Positions 7,998-17,443 of a DNA stretch of 64,000 nt are shown here, piece after piece. Position 1 is the first letter of the stretch; every line of letters starts with the position of its first letter. Source of the DNA: Nitrospirota bacterium (GTDB lineage: Bacteria > Nitrospirota > JACRHJ01); contig JBARKJ010000046.1 in the NCBI GenBank assembly GCA_049801375.1, forward strand, positions 3,204-67,203, written 5' to 3'. The position numbers and the translations under genes are program-made. The notes under the pieces are model-generated. The model had not been told where the DNA came from and did no database searches. It saw only the letters and a list, made by a program, of their open reading frames with translations.

Positions 7998-8982
7998 CGA
8001 TCTCCTCAATCAGGGAAATATATTCTTTAAGGTAGCCTTCGCGGGAGTACCTTTCCGCAACCGTCTTCCGTCCTTCGGCCCCCATCTTTTTTCTAAGCGA
8101 GGCATCGGCTATTAGCTCCGCAAGGCGCGCTTCCCACTCGTCAGGATTGCCGGCGAGGAACCCGTTTACGCCGTCTTTGATAATTTCGCAGTTTATCCCT
8201 ACCGGCGACGCAACAGCCGGCACGCCCACCGAGAAATACTGGAGTATTTTGAACCCGCACTTGCCCCTACTCCATATATCGTCCGTAAGGGGCATAAGCC
8301 CGATGTCCATCTCGCGCAGGAATTCCAACTCATTTTCTGTGCTCCATATTCTTTTATTTATCTTGATCCCTTCAATGTCGGGGAAATCGCTGCATACTAC
8401 TGAAAGGGAGACGTAAGAAAATTTCCGGGCGAGGTTTTGAAATACCGGGGCCAGAGCTTTAAGATAAAAGAGGTTCCCCTCCATGCCGATCCAGCCGATT
8501 TTGACTTCCTCAGCTTTCTTATCGCCCGGACTATATTTTGCCGTATCCACAGGGGTAGAAAGTATTACAGGCTCCTTTCCAGCCTTCCTCGCCTCTTCGG
8601 CTAGAAAAGAATTTCCCGCCACGACGGCATCTGCTGATGCAACTACCTTCCTGAACTTCCTGAGGCTTTTATCTCCTGGTCTGCTGCATCTTTTTTCAGC
8701 ATACATCACTGCATCGTCAAAATCATACAAGATGTTTCGGCAAATTCGCGATAGGATAGCTATTTCAAAAGGCTTCAGAAGCTTTCTGTGCAGGATGACA
8801 ATATCTGAACCCGCAATTTTCAGATATAGCCGAAGCCTCCCAATTGCCCCACTTGGCACCGGCAAATACAGGCATTTATGGCCTCTCGCGCACATCTCCT
8901 GGTAAAGAGGCAATATCCGGTGCCTGCTGCTCGGATCACTCTCTTTGTGCACAACGAAAGCTATCTTCTTCGGTTCAGGCAT
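7981..8982 (-). CDS. Glycosyltransferase family 4
   Basis: 333 aa. GLMPLTDDIWSRGKCGFKILQYFSVGVPAVASPVGINCEIIKDGVNGFLAGNPDEW is the GT4 E-x7-E region. Confidence 0.8.
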   Translation of the reverse strand: MPEPKKIAFVVHKESDPSSRHRILPLYQEMCARGHKCLYLPVPSGAIGRLRLYLKIAGSDIVILHRKLLKPFEIAILSRICRNILYDFDDAVMYAEKRCSRPGDKSLRKFRKVVASADAVVAGNSFLAEEARKAGKEPVILSTPVDTAKYSPGDKKAEEVKIGWIGMEGNLFYLKALAPVFQNLARKFSYVSLSVVCSDFPDIEGIKINKRIWSTENELEFLREMDIGLMPLTDDIWSRGKCGFKILQYFSVGVPAVASPVGINCEIIKDGVNGFLAGNPDEWEARLAELIADASLRKKMGAEGRKTVAERYSREGYLKEYISLIEEIVTASS

Positions 8983-10810
8983 GGCTCTCCCAGATGCCCA
9001 TTACCAGCAAGGCCCAAAGCCTGTTTGCATGGTTCCTTTCTCCAGAGAAATGTTCCCGCATCAACTTCTCTATATATATCTGATTAAAGAACTCGCCTAT
9101 AATGCCCGAATTTTTCAGAACCCGCTCAGTCTTCTCGCGAAGAGGCCCTTTAAGCCATTCTCCGACCGGAATGCTGAAGCCTTTTTTACGCCTATCAATC
9201 AGGCTGTCGGGTATCTTCCCCCTCATTGCCTCTTTGAGAATATATTTTGTAACCCCACTTTTAACTTTAAATGAAGAAGGGAGCGACGCCGAAAATTCCA
9301 GCAGCTCATGGTCCAGGAACGGCGAACGCACCTCCAGCGAATTAGCCATGCTGGCGATATCCATCTTTACCAGCAGGTCACCCGGAAGGTAATGGTTGAA
9401 ATCCAACGCCAGCATTTTGTCCAGGGGTGAGAGATTCTCGATACCATCGGATAATCCCGAGGAGATCTCTTCCCATCTCGTACCCGATACCGCGCTTCTC
9501 ATCCTTTTATTATAAAGAAGCTCTTTCATGTACGGCAGAAAAAAATCTGAATAGTATAAAGATTGAGCCTGCGGCTGGAATGATTTCAGAATTTTATGCT
9601 TTAGTTTGCCGGCAGGATTTTTGCAATTAAATACATGCGCCATATTATTCGAAAGCAGCGCCGGCATCATTGTCTGCAGGAGCCGCAGTTTGTATTTGTC
9701 ATACCCTGCAAAGTTCTCGTCTCCGCCGTCTCCATTTAAAGCCACGGTGACAAACTTTCGGGCCATTTTAGAAACATAAAATGACGGCACCGCAGATTTA
9801 TCCGCAAACGGTTCTCCATAGACCTTCGGCAAGAAGTCCAATGTTGAGCCGATTTCCGGGTCAACTACCAGCTCGTGTATCTCTGAACTGCAATGCATTG
9901 CCGCTTCTCTGGCGAAGGGCAGTTCGTTGTGTTTCTCTTCTTCGAAACCGATAGAAAAGCTTTTTATCTTTCCTGACGCGGCCCTTGACATAAAATATAA
10001 AATCGCACTTGAGTCCAGACCTCCGGAGAGGAGCGCGCCAAGAGGGACATCACTTATCATCCGCAGACGCACAGCTTCTTCTAGCCGCCTCAGGATCTCC
10101 TCTTTGGCTTCTCTTTCACTGATATTTATTTTTTTTGAATAATCGAGTTTCCAGTACCTTTCTATGGAAACAGCGCCGTCCTTCACTACCATGTAATGGG
10201 CTGGTGGAAGTTTCCTAATGCCTCTATAAATCGAATAGGGGTGCGGGATGAACTGCCAGGAAAGGTAAAGGTCGAGTGATTCCAGGTCCAGGGTCCGGTC
10301 TACATCAGGGTCCTTCAGGAGCGAATTGATTTCGGAAGAAAAGCTTATCCAGTTCTTCCCCTGGGCATATACCAGCGGTTTTTTCCCGACCCTGTCGCGT
10401 GCCATGAACAGCTTACGTTCTTTTTCATCCCAAATGGCGAAAGCAAACATGCCTCGGAGGTATCGGAGACAATCGATTCCATATTCTTCATAAAGGTGTA
10501 CCAGCACCTCCGTATCAGTACGGCTTTTGAAATCATGCCCTTTCATTAAAAGCGAGTCCCGAAGCTGTGCAAAGTTATAAATCTCTCCGTTCAAAACAAC
10601 CCAGATGTCGCCCCGTTCATTTGAAATAGGCTGTTTGCCGCCCCGGACATCTATGATGGACAGCCGGCGCATGCCTAGGCCCGTGCCGCCTTTCAGATAA
10701 AATCCCCGGTCGTCAGGTCCGCGGTGTGTCATTGCATCAGTCATCGCGCCGATTAAAGCTGAATCGACGGGGGTGGCGTCAAAATTTATCTTGCCGCATA
10801 TCCCGCACAT
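8975..10810 (-). CDS. asnB: Asparagine synthetase B-type glutamine amidotransferase (AsnB/WbpS-like; likely sugar-acid amidotransferase in the glycan pathway)
   Basis: 611 aa. N-terminal MCGICG (Ntn-type catalytic Cys2) and SGGLDSS PP-loop ATP pyrophosphatase motif. Confidence 0.85.
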   Translation of the reverse strand: MCGICGKINFDATPVDSALIGAMTDAMTHRGPDDRGFYLKGGTGLGMRRLSIIDVRGGKQPISNERGDIWVVLNGEIYNFAQLRDSLLMKGHDFKSRTDTEVLVHLYEEYGIDCLRYLRGMFAFAIWDEKERKLFMARDRVGKKPLVYAQGKNWISFSSEINSLLKDPDVDRTLDLESLDLYLSWQFIPHPYSIYRGIRKLPPAHYMVVKDGAVSIERYWKLDYSKKINISEREAKEEILRRLEEAVRLRMISDVPLGALLSGGLDSSAILYFMSRAASGKIKSFSIGFEEEKHNELPFAREAAMHCSSEIHELVVDPEIGSTLDFLPKVYGEPFADKSAVPSFYVSKMARKFVTVALNGDGGDENFAGYDKYKLRLLQTMMPALLSNNMAHVFNCKNPAGKLKHKILKSFQPQAQSLYYSDFFLPYMKELLYNKRMRSAVSGTRWEEISSGLSDGIENLSPLDKMLALDFNHYLPGDLLVKMDIASMANSLEVRSPFLDHELLEFSASLPSSFKVKSGVTKYILKEAMRGKIPDSLIDRRKKGFSIPVGEWLKGPLREKTERVLKNSGIIGEFFNQIYIEKLMREHFSGERNHANRLWALLVMGIWESHA

Positions 10811-11922
10811 CAGCGATTTCTCCCGCAGAGAGACATATATAAACCTTCGTACTGGTCCACTATCCTGTCCCAGTCGTAAATTTTTACTTCCTGCAACGCT
10901 GCCGCCCCCATTGCCTTCCGCAGATTATCATCCCGCATTAATCTCAGCATCGCTTTCGCCAGGGCTTCTACACTTTCTTTCGTTACAAGAATGCCGTTTA
11001 CGCCGTCTTTAACCACTTCAAGATTTCCGCCGACTGCGGCGGCTATCAAAGGCTTACCAGATGCCATAAATTCCAGATTAGAATTTGAAAAGGGTTCTCT
11101 CCTTGAAGATGACACGCCAAAGAGGCAGCCGGAAAGGGCATCCAGTTTATCCTTTCCGGAGATGATTCCCGTGAATATAATTTTTCCCTTTAGCCCCAAT
11201 TTCTCCGCCAGCTTGCGGAGGCTTTCCTCCTCAGGGCCCATCCCGGCAATATAGAGCTTTAAATCAGGTACTTCTTTGGAAACGTCACAAAAGGCCTTGA
11301 TCAAGATATCGAAGCCTTTTTTCCAGGTGAGGCTTCCAAGCGCAAGGGCATACGGCTGATCAAATCTGTTATTAAAATGAAAATTTTTATATTGCGCTGC
11401 ATCCACGCCGTTGGGAATAATCTTTATATTTTGCTCTGCTACTCCCAAGCCGGTTATAATTTCATTAAGTTCCCGGCTCTGCGCCACCACCGCGTCCGCC
11501 CTCGTAAGCGCGGTTATAAGCCTTCCTTCCAGTCTTTTATTCTTTCTTATTCCTTCCCCCGGTAGTATATCGGAGCCGTGCGGGCGGATTACCAGGGGGA
11601 CGTGGAACAGACTCTTAAAACTAGCGCCAACGAATCCTGTTGGATAACCGCCGTGGCAGTGGAGGAGGTCGATTGTTGTTTTCAGCCTCTCCCTGAACAG
11701 GTAAAAAAGCGTTTGGCGGACGCCGAATCTTTTTGAAGATGGCTTTTGGTATCTGACAAGCCGGTATTTGCAGTCGACGTGGTTATCCTTATGCCGTACC
11801 TCAGGCGCAAGAACAATGATATTATGGCCGCGATCAGAAAGCGATGTTGCCAGGTTATGAAGCATTAGTTCAGCACCGCCAATGGTGGGCAGGAAAGTGG
11901 GCGTAAAAAAAAGTATATTCAT
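10810..11922 (-). CDS. Glycosyltransferase family 4
   Basis: The track ORF extends to 12033. The start was set at Met38 (MNILFFTPTFLPTIGGAE...) because this ATG forms an ATGA overlap with the stop of the upstream GT9 gene and the 37-aa extension is Arg-rich junk. C-terminal ...EFMASGKPLIAAAVGGNLEVVKDGVNGIL GT4 motif. Confidence 0.8.
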   Translation of the reverse strand: MNILFFTPTFLPTIGGAELMLHNLATSLSDRGHNIIVLAPEVRHKDNHVDCKYRLVRYQKPSSKRFGVRQTLFYLFRERLKTTIDLLHCHGGYPTGFVGASFKSLFHVPLVIRPHGSDILPGEGIRKNKRLEGRLITALTRADAVVAQSRELNEIITGLGVAEQNIKIIPNGVDAAQYKNFHFNNRFDQPYALALGSLTWKKGFDILIKAFCDVSKEVPDLKLYIAGMGPEEESLRKLAEKLGLKGKIIFTGIISGKDKLDALSGCLFGVSSSRREPFSNSNLEFMASGKPLIAAAVGGNLEVVKDGVNGILVTKESVEALAKAMLRLMRDDNLRKAMGAAALQEVKIYDWDRIVDQYEGLYMSLCGRNR

Positions 11923-12974
11923 TGCGTGCCCAGCAGCTCTTCTATCGCAGAGATGACCTCTTGTACCGTTATGGCTTCCAGACAGTCGCTTTTTTTGCTT
12001 CCGCCACAGCCGGCCTTCTGGCAGGGCAGGCATGGAAACATATCTTTCTTCATCACCACGCGGGCCTTATCCGTAAACGGCGCCCAGACCCTGTAGTCCG
12101 ACGGCCCGAACAGGGCTACTACCGGTGTCCCGACCGCCGCCGCTATGTGCATCGGCGCGGAATCCACTCCGAAAGATAGTCTGCTCATCTTAATGAGCGA
12201 AGCGAGCTGCCCAAGGGTCAAAAGGCCGGAGAGATTTATTGGGCGTGCCGTGGCAAGGTTTGCAATGTCGATTACCTTTCCCGCCTCTTCCTTGTCCGGA
12301 GCGGAAGTCATTATCACCCTTAGACCATTTGCCTGAAGGTAATCTATAACCTCGGCGATCGATTTATCGTTCCAACACTTGAACGGCCATCGGGAGGTCG
12401 GATGCACCGTGGCTATCGGCTCGTTTTCCTTGACCCCTCGATCCGCGAGCAGCCCCCGGACATATTCGTCGTCTTTTTTTGATGTATAAAGCTCCAGCTT
12501 CTGCCCTGCCGGCGAGATTCCAAGCGGCCTGACCATCTCCAGGTCCATCAGCGCACGGTGCTTGTCCCATATCTGCGGGACGATGCTTGTAAAAATCCGG
12601 TTCTTGCCCAGGAAGCCTTTTTTTGTCGGGTCCGCTCCAATCTTTATCCTCGCCCCGGAAACCAGGCACATTATGGCACCCCTGTCGCCTTCGGTCATAT
12701 TAATCGCAATGTCAAATTTTTTGTCTCGGAGCGATTTCAGGAGAATTAAATCCTTCATCAACCCGCTCCCCTTCCTGAACGTGAGGATTTCATCGATGGA
12801 AGGGTTGGACGCGAGTATGTCCTCCATCCCGAAAGGTACCACGGCGGTTATCTCCGCCTCCGGCATGGCGTCTTTCAACGCGCGGAGCGCAGGGGTCATC
12901 ATCAGGACGTCTCCGATATGCCTGAGCTTTATGACCAGGATCCTCTTTACGTTTTCCAGTTTGGCCTTGTCCAT
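11919..12974 (-). CDS. Glycosyltransferase family 9 (LPS heptosyltransferase; WaaQ/WaaC-like third heptosyltransferase)
   Basis: 351 aa. N-terminal KRILVIKLRHIGDVLMMTPALRALK (GT9 signature). C-terminal Cys motif PCLPCQKAGCGGSKKSDC. Confidence 0.75.
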   Translation of the reverse strand: MDKAKLENVKRILVIKLRHIGDVLMMTPALRALKDAMPEAEITAVVPFGMEDILASNPSIDEILTFRKGSGLMKDLILLKSLRDKKFDIAINMTEGDRGAIMCLVSGARIKIGADPTKKGFLGKNRIFTSIVPQIWDKHRALMDLEMVRPLGISPAGQKLELYTSKKDDEYVRGLLADRGVKENEPIATVHPTSRWPFKCWNDKSIAEVIDYLQANGLRVIMTSAPDKEEAGKVIDIANLATARPINLSGLLTLGQLASLIKMSRLSFGVDSAPMHIAAAVGTPVVALFGPSDYRVWAPFTDKARVVMKKDMFPCLPCQKAGCGGSKKSDCLEAITVQEVISAIEELLGTQ

Positions 12975-12977
12975 CGG

Positions 12978-13733
12978 CTACTTCTTATCTTTCAGCTCCA
13001 TTTCAAGGAGCTTCGCATATTTTGAAAAGACGTAAAAAGAATACAGCCCCGCCAGCAGAAACCCGTATATCCCGTCCAGGAAGCCCCTCTTCAGGAAGAA
13101 CATCTTCATAAAGGTTCCTTGCGGCCTGAAAATCATGTCGGCAATACTTGCCTTCCGGCCGTCCTTCCTCAACTCCTCCGCCGCGAGGGTCGAGTATTTA
13201 TCCATCCTCCGGAGGTAATCAGAAACGCCGTCGTAGGTGAAATGGAGCATGGGGTTTTTTAAATACCCCGCCTCCCCGTTCAGCTTCACGGCTTCATGTA
13301 CGGACCGCTCTTTAAACCGTCCCCGCCTCCTGTCAAAAAGGCGGACGGAATAGTCCGGATACCAGCCGCCGTGTCCGATCTCCCTGCCCATGAAGTGGTT
13401 CCTGCGCGGGCAGAAATATCCTGGTTTATCCGGCACGGCGTCCATCAGCCTCTTAATCTCTTTGGCAAGGCCGGGAGTTATCCTCTCGTCAGAGTCCAGG
13501 ACGAACACCCAGTCGTTTCCAGCCAGATCGACCACCCGCTGTTTCTGGCCGGAGAAGCCGCGCCACTCTTCCTGAAAGATTTTATCCGTGAACTCCCTGC
13601 AAATTTCAAGTGTCCCATCCGTGCTGAAGGAATCCAGCACAACCACCTCGTCCGCGAAAGACGCGCTTTCAAGCGCCTCCCTGATATTTTTTTCTTCGTT
13701 CAACGTAATGACGACGACTGAAAGGGCTGTCAT
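12978..13733 (-). CDS. GT2-family LPS core glycosyltransferase (WaaE/KdtX-like)
   Basis: 251 aa. LSVVVITLNEEKNIREALES...VVVLDSFSTDGT and a C-terminal hydrophobic tail, typical of small inner-core GT2 enzymes. Confidence 0.75.
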   Translation of the reverse strand: MTALSVVVITLNEEKNIREALESASFADEVVVLDSFSTDGTLEICREFTDKIFQEEWRGFSGQKQRVVDLAGNDWVFVLDSDERITPGLAKEIKRLMDAVPDKPGYFCPRRNHFMGREIGHGGWYPDYSVRLFDRRRGRFKERSVHEAVKLNGEAGYLKNPMLHFTYDGVSDYLRRMDKYSTLAAEELRKDGRKASIADMIFRPQGTFMKMFFLKRGFLDGIYGFLLAGLYSFYVFSKYAKLLEMELKDKK

Positions 13734-13901
13734 TTATGGAAGCTTCTCCGCCTCGTCGATGAGCATCACGGGTATGTCGTCTTTTACCGGATACTTCAGC
13801 TTGCACGCGTCGCAGACAAGGCCATCGCCGTTTTCAGTCAGCCGGATATCTCCCTTGCACTTCGGGCAGGCCAGAATTTCAAGGAGTTCCTTGCTTATCA
13901 T
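13734..13901 (-). CDS. ycaR: Trm112-like small protein (YcaR / UPF0434 family, DUF343)
   Basis: 55 aa, not in the ORF track because it is below 60 aa. MISKELLEILACPKCKGDIRLTENGDGLVCDACKLKYPVKDDIPVMLIDEAEKLP matches the L-x-I-L-ACP-x-CKG ... C-x2-C ... YP ... GIP-x-ML consensus of YcaR/Trm112. Its stop abuts the start of the GT2 gene. Confidence 0.7.
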   Translation of the reverse strand: MISKELLEILACPKCKGDIRLTENGDGLVCDACKLKYPVKDDIPVMLIDEAEKLP

Positions 13902-14937
13902 CTTTTCCCTCCAGCATCTCCTCCGCCGTACGGAGGACGTCTTCGACAGTAATCTCCTTCATGCACCGCATATTATGTTTTGTGTCCGGGCAGTTCTTCT
14001 TTAAACACGGAGCACAGGGAGCGCTGGAGGTGATTACCCTGTGGCCGCTTCCATAAGGGCCTGTGCGTTCCGGAATTGTCGGGCCGAATATCGCCAGCAC
14101 GTCCGTACCAACTGCCGCCGCAACGTGCATTGGACCTGAGTCGTTGGTTATCATAAGCTTTGCTTTGCCGAGTAACGCGGCAAGACCTTTCAGAGAGGTC
14201 TTTCCGAAAGCAAGGTTCTCATGGCCCGTCCGGTCTTCAAATGCGGACATCACGCCTGCTTCATCCGCGCTCCCTACAAAGATGTATTTCAGCCCTATGC
14301 TTTCCTTAAGCGCCTGGGCTAGGCGGACGAAATTCTCCGCGGGCCACCGCTTGGTGATCCATCTCGCCGAGGGCGCGAGGGCTATGAATTCATCGCCTTC
14401 GTTTATACCCGCATCTTTTAAAACCCGACCCGCCTCGATTAAGTCTTCCCGGCTAGCGGGAATATTGAATTCGGGCGCCTCGGGCGCCGGAATGCCGAAA
14501 GCTTTTAGAGTAAGAAGGTAGCGGTCCACGGCGTGCATTTCCGGGTCCGGCACGGAGATTTTTTTATTATAGAAAAAATGAGCGCCCTCCCGCGCGCTCC
14601 CCAGGCCGATTTTTTTCCCGGCCCTGCACGCATAGATCATAATCCCGCTCCGGAGGAGTCCCTGGAGGTCAATCGCCGCGTCGTACTCCTCGGCCCTCAG
14701 CGCCTTTATAAACCTCGACAGCTCGCCGCACCCGCTCTTCGATCTGTCGAAGGCGATGACGTTCGTTATCGCGGGATGGCCGCTGAGTACCGGCTCATAC
14801 GCCTTAAAGACCACCCAGTCCACCCGCAGCCCGGGTACCGCCTTTTTCAGCGCCGCCGCGACCGGCAGGGCATGGATTATATCCCCCAGCGAACTCGGCT
14901 TTATTATCAGGACTTTCTTGAGTCGCCGATTATCCAA
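13879..14937 (-). CDS. Glycosyltransferase family 9 (LPS heptosyltransferase, WaaC-like heptosyltransferase I candidate)
   Basis: 352 aa. KKVLIIKPSSLGDIIHALPVAAAL...VDWVV, typical of WaaC. C-terminal APCAPCLKKNCPDTKHNMRC Cys motif. Confidence 0.7.
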   Translation of the reverse strand: MDNRRLKKVLIIKPSSLGDIIHALPVAAALKKAVPGLRVDWVVFKAYEPVLSGHPAITNVIAFDRSKSGCGELSRFIKALRAEEYDAAIDLQGLLRSGIMIYACRAGKKIGLGSAREGAHFFYNKKISVPDPEMHAVDRYLLTLKAFGIPAPEAPEFNIPASREDLIEAGRVLKDAGINEGDEFIALAPSARWITKRWPAENFVRLAQALKESIGLKYIFVGSADEAGVMSAFEDRTGHENLAFGKTSLKGLAALLGKAKLMITNDSGPMHVAAAVGTDVLAIFGPTIPERTGPYGSGHRVITSSAPCAPCLKKNCPDTKHNMRCMKEITVEDVLRTAEEMLEGKDDKQGTP

Positions 14938-15476
14938 TCAGCCGCCTCCGGGAGGTTCGCCGAGATCATGTCCGGCTCTATCCCCTTCTCTTTAAGCAGG
15001 GCCTTTTCTTCGCCGCCGAAGCCCGTCAGGACGAGCACAGTCTTCCCCCCGGCGTTAATGCCAAGCTCTATGTCCGTGGCCTTGTCCCCCACGAAGTACG
15101 AGCGCGATAGGTCTATGCCGAATCTCTCCGAGGCACTCACGGCCATCCCGGTCTTCGGCTTCCTGCATTCGCATTCGAGCTTCTCGCCGTGGCGAGGGTG
15201 GTGCGGACAAAAATAATATGCGTCGACTGAAGCCCCTTTTTGCTCCAGAAGGTTTGAGAGCTTCAGGTTGACCTTATGCAGCTCTTCCTCCGAGAAAAGC
15301 CCCCTCGCCACCCCGGACTGGTTGCTGACCACTACCAGCATAAACCCGGCATTTTTCAGCCGGAGGAGCGCCTTCGCCGCGCCTGGTATCAGCGCGACCT
15401 GCTCAGGGTTGGACAGGTATCCTATCTCCTCGTTTATCGTCCCGTCTCTGTCAAGGAAGACCGCGCGCTCACGCAT
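14907..15476 (-). CDS. gmhB: D-glycero-beta-D-manno-heptose 1,7-bisphosphate 7-phosphatase (HAD superfamily)
   Basis: 189 aa. AVFLDRDGTIN (HAD motif I, DxDGT), VVSNQSG (motif II), and the Zn-binding C-x-H-x(n)-C-x-C loop (YFCPHHP...CECRKP) characteristic of GmhB. Confidence 0.85.
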   Translation of the reverse strand: MRERAVFLDRDGTINEEIGYLSNPEQVALIPGAAKALLRLKNAGFMLVVVSNQSGVARGLFSEEELHKVNLKLSNLLEQKGASVDAYYFCPHHPRHGEKLECECRKPKTGMAVSASERFGIDLSRSYFVGDKATDIELGINAGGKTVLVLTGFGGEEKALLKEKGIEPDMISANLPEAADWIIGDSRKS

Positions 15477-16497
15477 ATTTCGAAAGCATCTCTTCCGCCG
15501 TTTTCAGGACCTTTGCCGGGGTCACGCGCTCAAGGCAATTATAGTGCTGATGCGGGCATGTCCTCTTAAAACAGGGGCTGCATGTTACCGGCTCCCGGAC
15601 GACCGCCGATTTTTTATTAAACGGCCCGGTCGCCGCCGGGTCCGTCGAACCGAATATCGCAAGCGTCGGGACATCCAGCGCCGATGCTATATGCATCGGT
15701 CCGGTATCGTTCGTAATGAATAGCGAGCAGGCTTTTATCAGCGCCATCAGGCCCCGGAGGTCCGTCTTTCCGGCAAGGTTCACCGCCCCCTCGCGCATCG
15801 ATGCCTGGACCGCATTCGCGGTATTCATTTCCCCGGGCCCGCCGAAGATAATTATTTTAGCGCCATGCTTCGCCAATTTGTCGGCGACCTGCCCGAACCG
15901 CTCCGGGTGCCATTTTTTAGCGACACCATACTGCGCTCCGGGGTTTATACCGACTATGGTATCTCCTTTTTTAATATCGGCTGAGTTTAAAAGCTCCCGC
16001 GCCGAATTTATTTCATCCTTCGACAGGTAAAGTTTCGGGTGGTGCCCGGCTGTTTTCAGTCCCAGTTTTTCGAGCAGGTCAAGGTAATAAAAAACCTGGT
16101 GCTTTTTCTTCGTCTCATACGATACCTTTACGCTCTTCGTAAGCAGGATTCCCCTGCCATCCGTCGAGTAACCCATCCGCTCAGGTATATTGGCCAGAAA
16201 CGCGATAAGCGCCGCCTCGAATGCATTTTGAAGGAGGATAGCGGTCTTGAATTTTTGCTTCCTGATCTCTATAACGGCGCTGGCCAAACCGCGGGGGCCG
16301 GAGTGCTTCCCCTTGCGGTCAAGCCGTATGACGTGGTCAACCGCCGGGTTTCCTAAAAGCAGTAAATCCAGCGGAGGGCGCACGATGGCCGTAATCTCGG
16401 CCTCTGGATAGTTCTTTCGTATACCCGCCAGGGCCGGGGTAGCCATTATGAGGTCGCCCACCCAGTTCGTCGCTCGGACAAGGACCTTCTCACGCAT
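15469..16497 (-). CDS. waaF: ADP-heptose:LPS heptosyltransferase II (GT9)
   Basis: 342 aa. NAFEAALIAFLANIPERMGY and INPGAQYGVAKKWHPERFGQVADKL align with E. coli WaaF NSFKSALVPFFAGIPHRTGW / [25 protein letters not shown]. C-terminal CSPCFKRTCPHQHYNC motif. Confidence 0.75.
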   Translation of the reverse strand: MREKVLVRATNWVGDLIMATPALAGIRKNYPEAEITAIVRPPLDLLLLGNPAVDHVIRLDRKGKHSGPRGLASAVIEIRKQKFKTAILLQNAFEAALIAFLANIPERMGYSTDGRGILLTKSVKVSYETKKKHQVFYYLDLLEKLGLKTAGHHPKLYLSKDEINSARELLNSADIKKGDTIVGINPGAQYGVAKKWHPERFGQVADKLAKHGAKIIIFGGPGEMNTANAVQASMREGAVNLAGKTDLRGLMALIKACSLFITNDTGPMHIASALDVPTLAIFGSTDPAATGPFNKKSAVVREPVTCSPCFKRTCPHQHYNCLERVTPAKVLKTAEEMLSKYA

Positions 16498-17443
16498 TGT
16501 CAGGATACTCCGTCGGCGTCTCTAAAGGCCTGGTTTTCCACCGCCTGTGCACCCAGAACCATTGGTCCGGATATTGCCTTATGAAATCTTCGATGGCCTT
16601 CGTATATGCCTGCGTATTCGCCGTTAAGTCCGCCTCTTTGTCGCCGGTTTCTATAAGAGGTATCTCGTCTCCTATATGTATCTCGTGCAACCCGCTGTTA
16701 ACCCGCCTTATAAAAGCGGGAATTACCGGGGCCTTGGTCCGCGCCGCTATTAACGCCAGGCCTTTGTTCGTGCAGGCCGGCCTGCCGAAAAAGTCCACGA
16801 AAACGCCTTCCTTGCGGGCCACGTTCTGGTCTAGGAGTATCCCCACGGTCCCGCCCTCGGAAACCGTTTTCAGTATCTCCTTCATTCCCCATTTTTTTCC
16901 GATCATGAAGTTCCCGTAACGGGTGCGGATTTTTGTGACAAGTTCTTCCATGTACGGGTTGTCCATGGGACGAGCGACCACGCCGAACGGCGGTTTCCGT
17001 ACCGACTGCGCAAGGGCCAGAAACTCCCAACTTCCGCAGTGACCGGTCAGAAGCAGCAACCCCTTGCCCTTTGAGAGCGCCCGGTCGTAGGCTTCGATGT
17101 TGACTATCCTGAAGTTTTTCTCGATGCCGTCTTTGAAAAACCTCTCCGACCTTATGAACTCGATTGCGGATTTGGTGAAATTCTGAAAAACCGACCTTGC
17201 AATTTGGTGGATCTCTTCTTCGCCTTTATCCTTAAAGCTGTTTCTTAAATTATCAAGCGTAATCGATTGGTGTCGTTTATCAATTTTAAATGCGACCGAA
17301 CCGATAACCCCGCCCATCCAGTACATCAGCGGGTACGGAACAAGGCTTATCATCCCGCCCACTGCTACAGTTAACCAGTACTCAGCAAGCCACGCTAACT
17401 TATTGTTTCCTTTATTTTTTTTCTTACCCATCCTGCCCTTCAA
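16490..17443 (-). CDS. lpxL: Lipid A biosynthesis late acyltransferase (LpxL/LpxM/HtrB family; Kdo2-lipid IVA acyltransferase)
   Basis: 317 aa. N-terminal TM segment; HCGSWE (HX4D/E acyltransferase motif variant); C-terminal YPDQWFWVHRRWK typical of LpxL/HtrB. Confidence 0.8.
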   Translation of the reverse strand: MKGRMGKKKNKGNNKLAWLAEYWLTVAVGGMISLVPYPLMYWMGGVIGSVAFKIDKRHQSITLDNLRNSFKDKGEEEIHQIARSVFQNFTKSAIEFIRSERFFKDGIEKNFRIVNIEAYDRALSKGKGLLLLTGHCGSWEFLALAQSVRKPPFGVVARPMDNPYMEELVTKIRTRYGNFMIGKKWGMKEILKTVSEGGTVGILLDQNVARKEGVFVDFFGRPACTNKGLALIAARTKAPVIPAFIRRVNSGLHEIHIGDEIPLIETGDKEADLTANTQAYTKAIEDFIRQYPDQWFWVHRRWKTRPLETPTEYPDNA

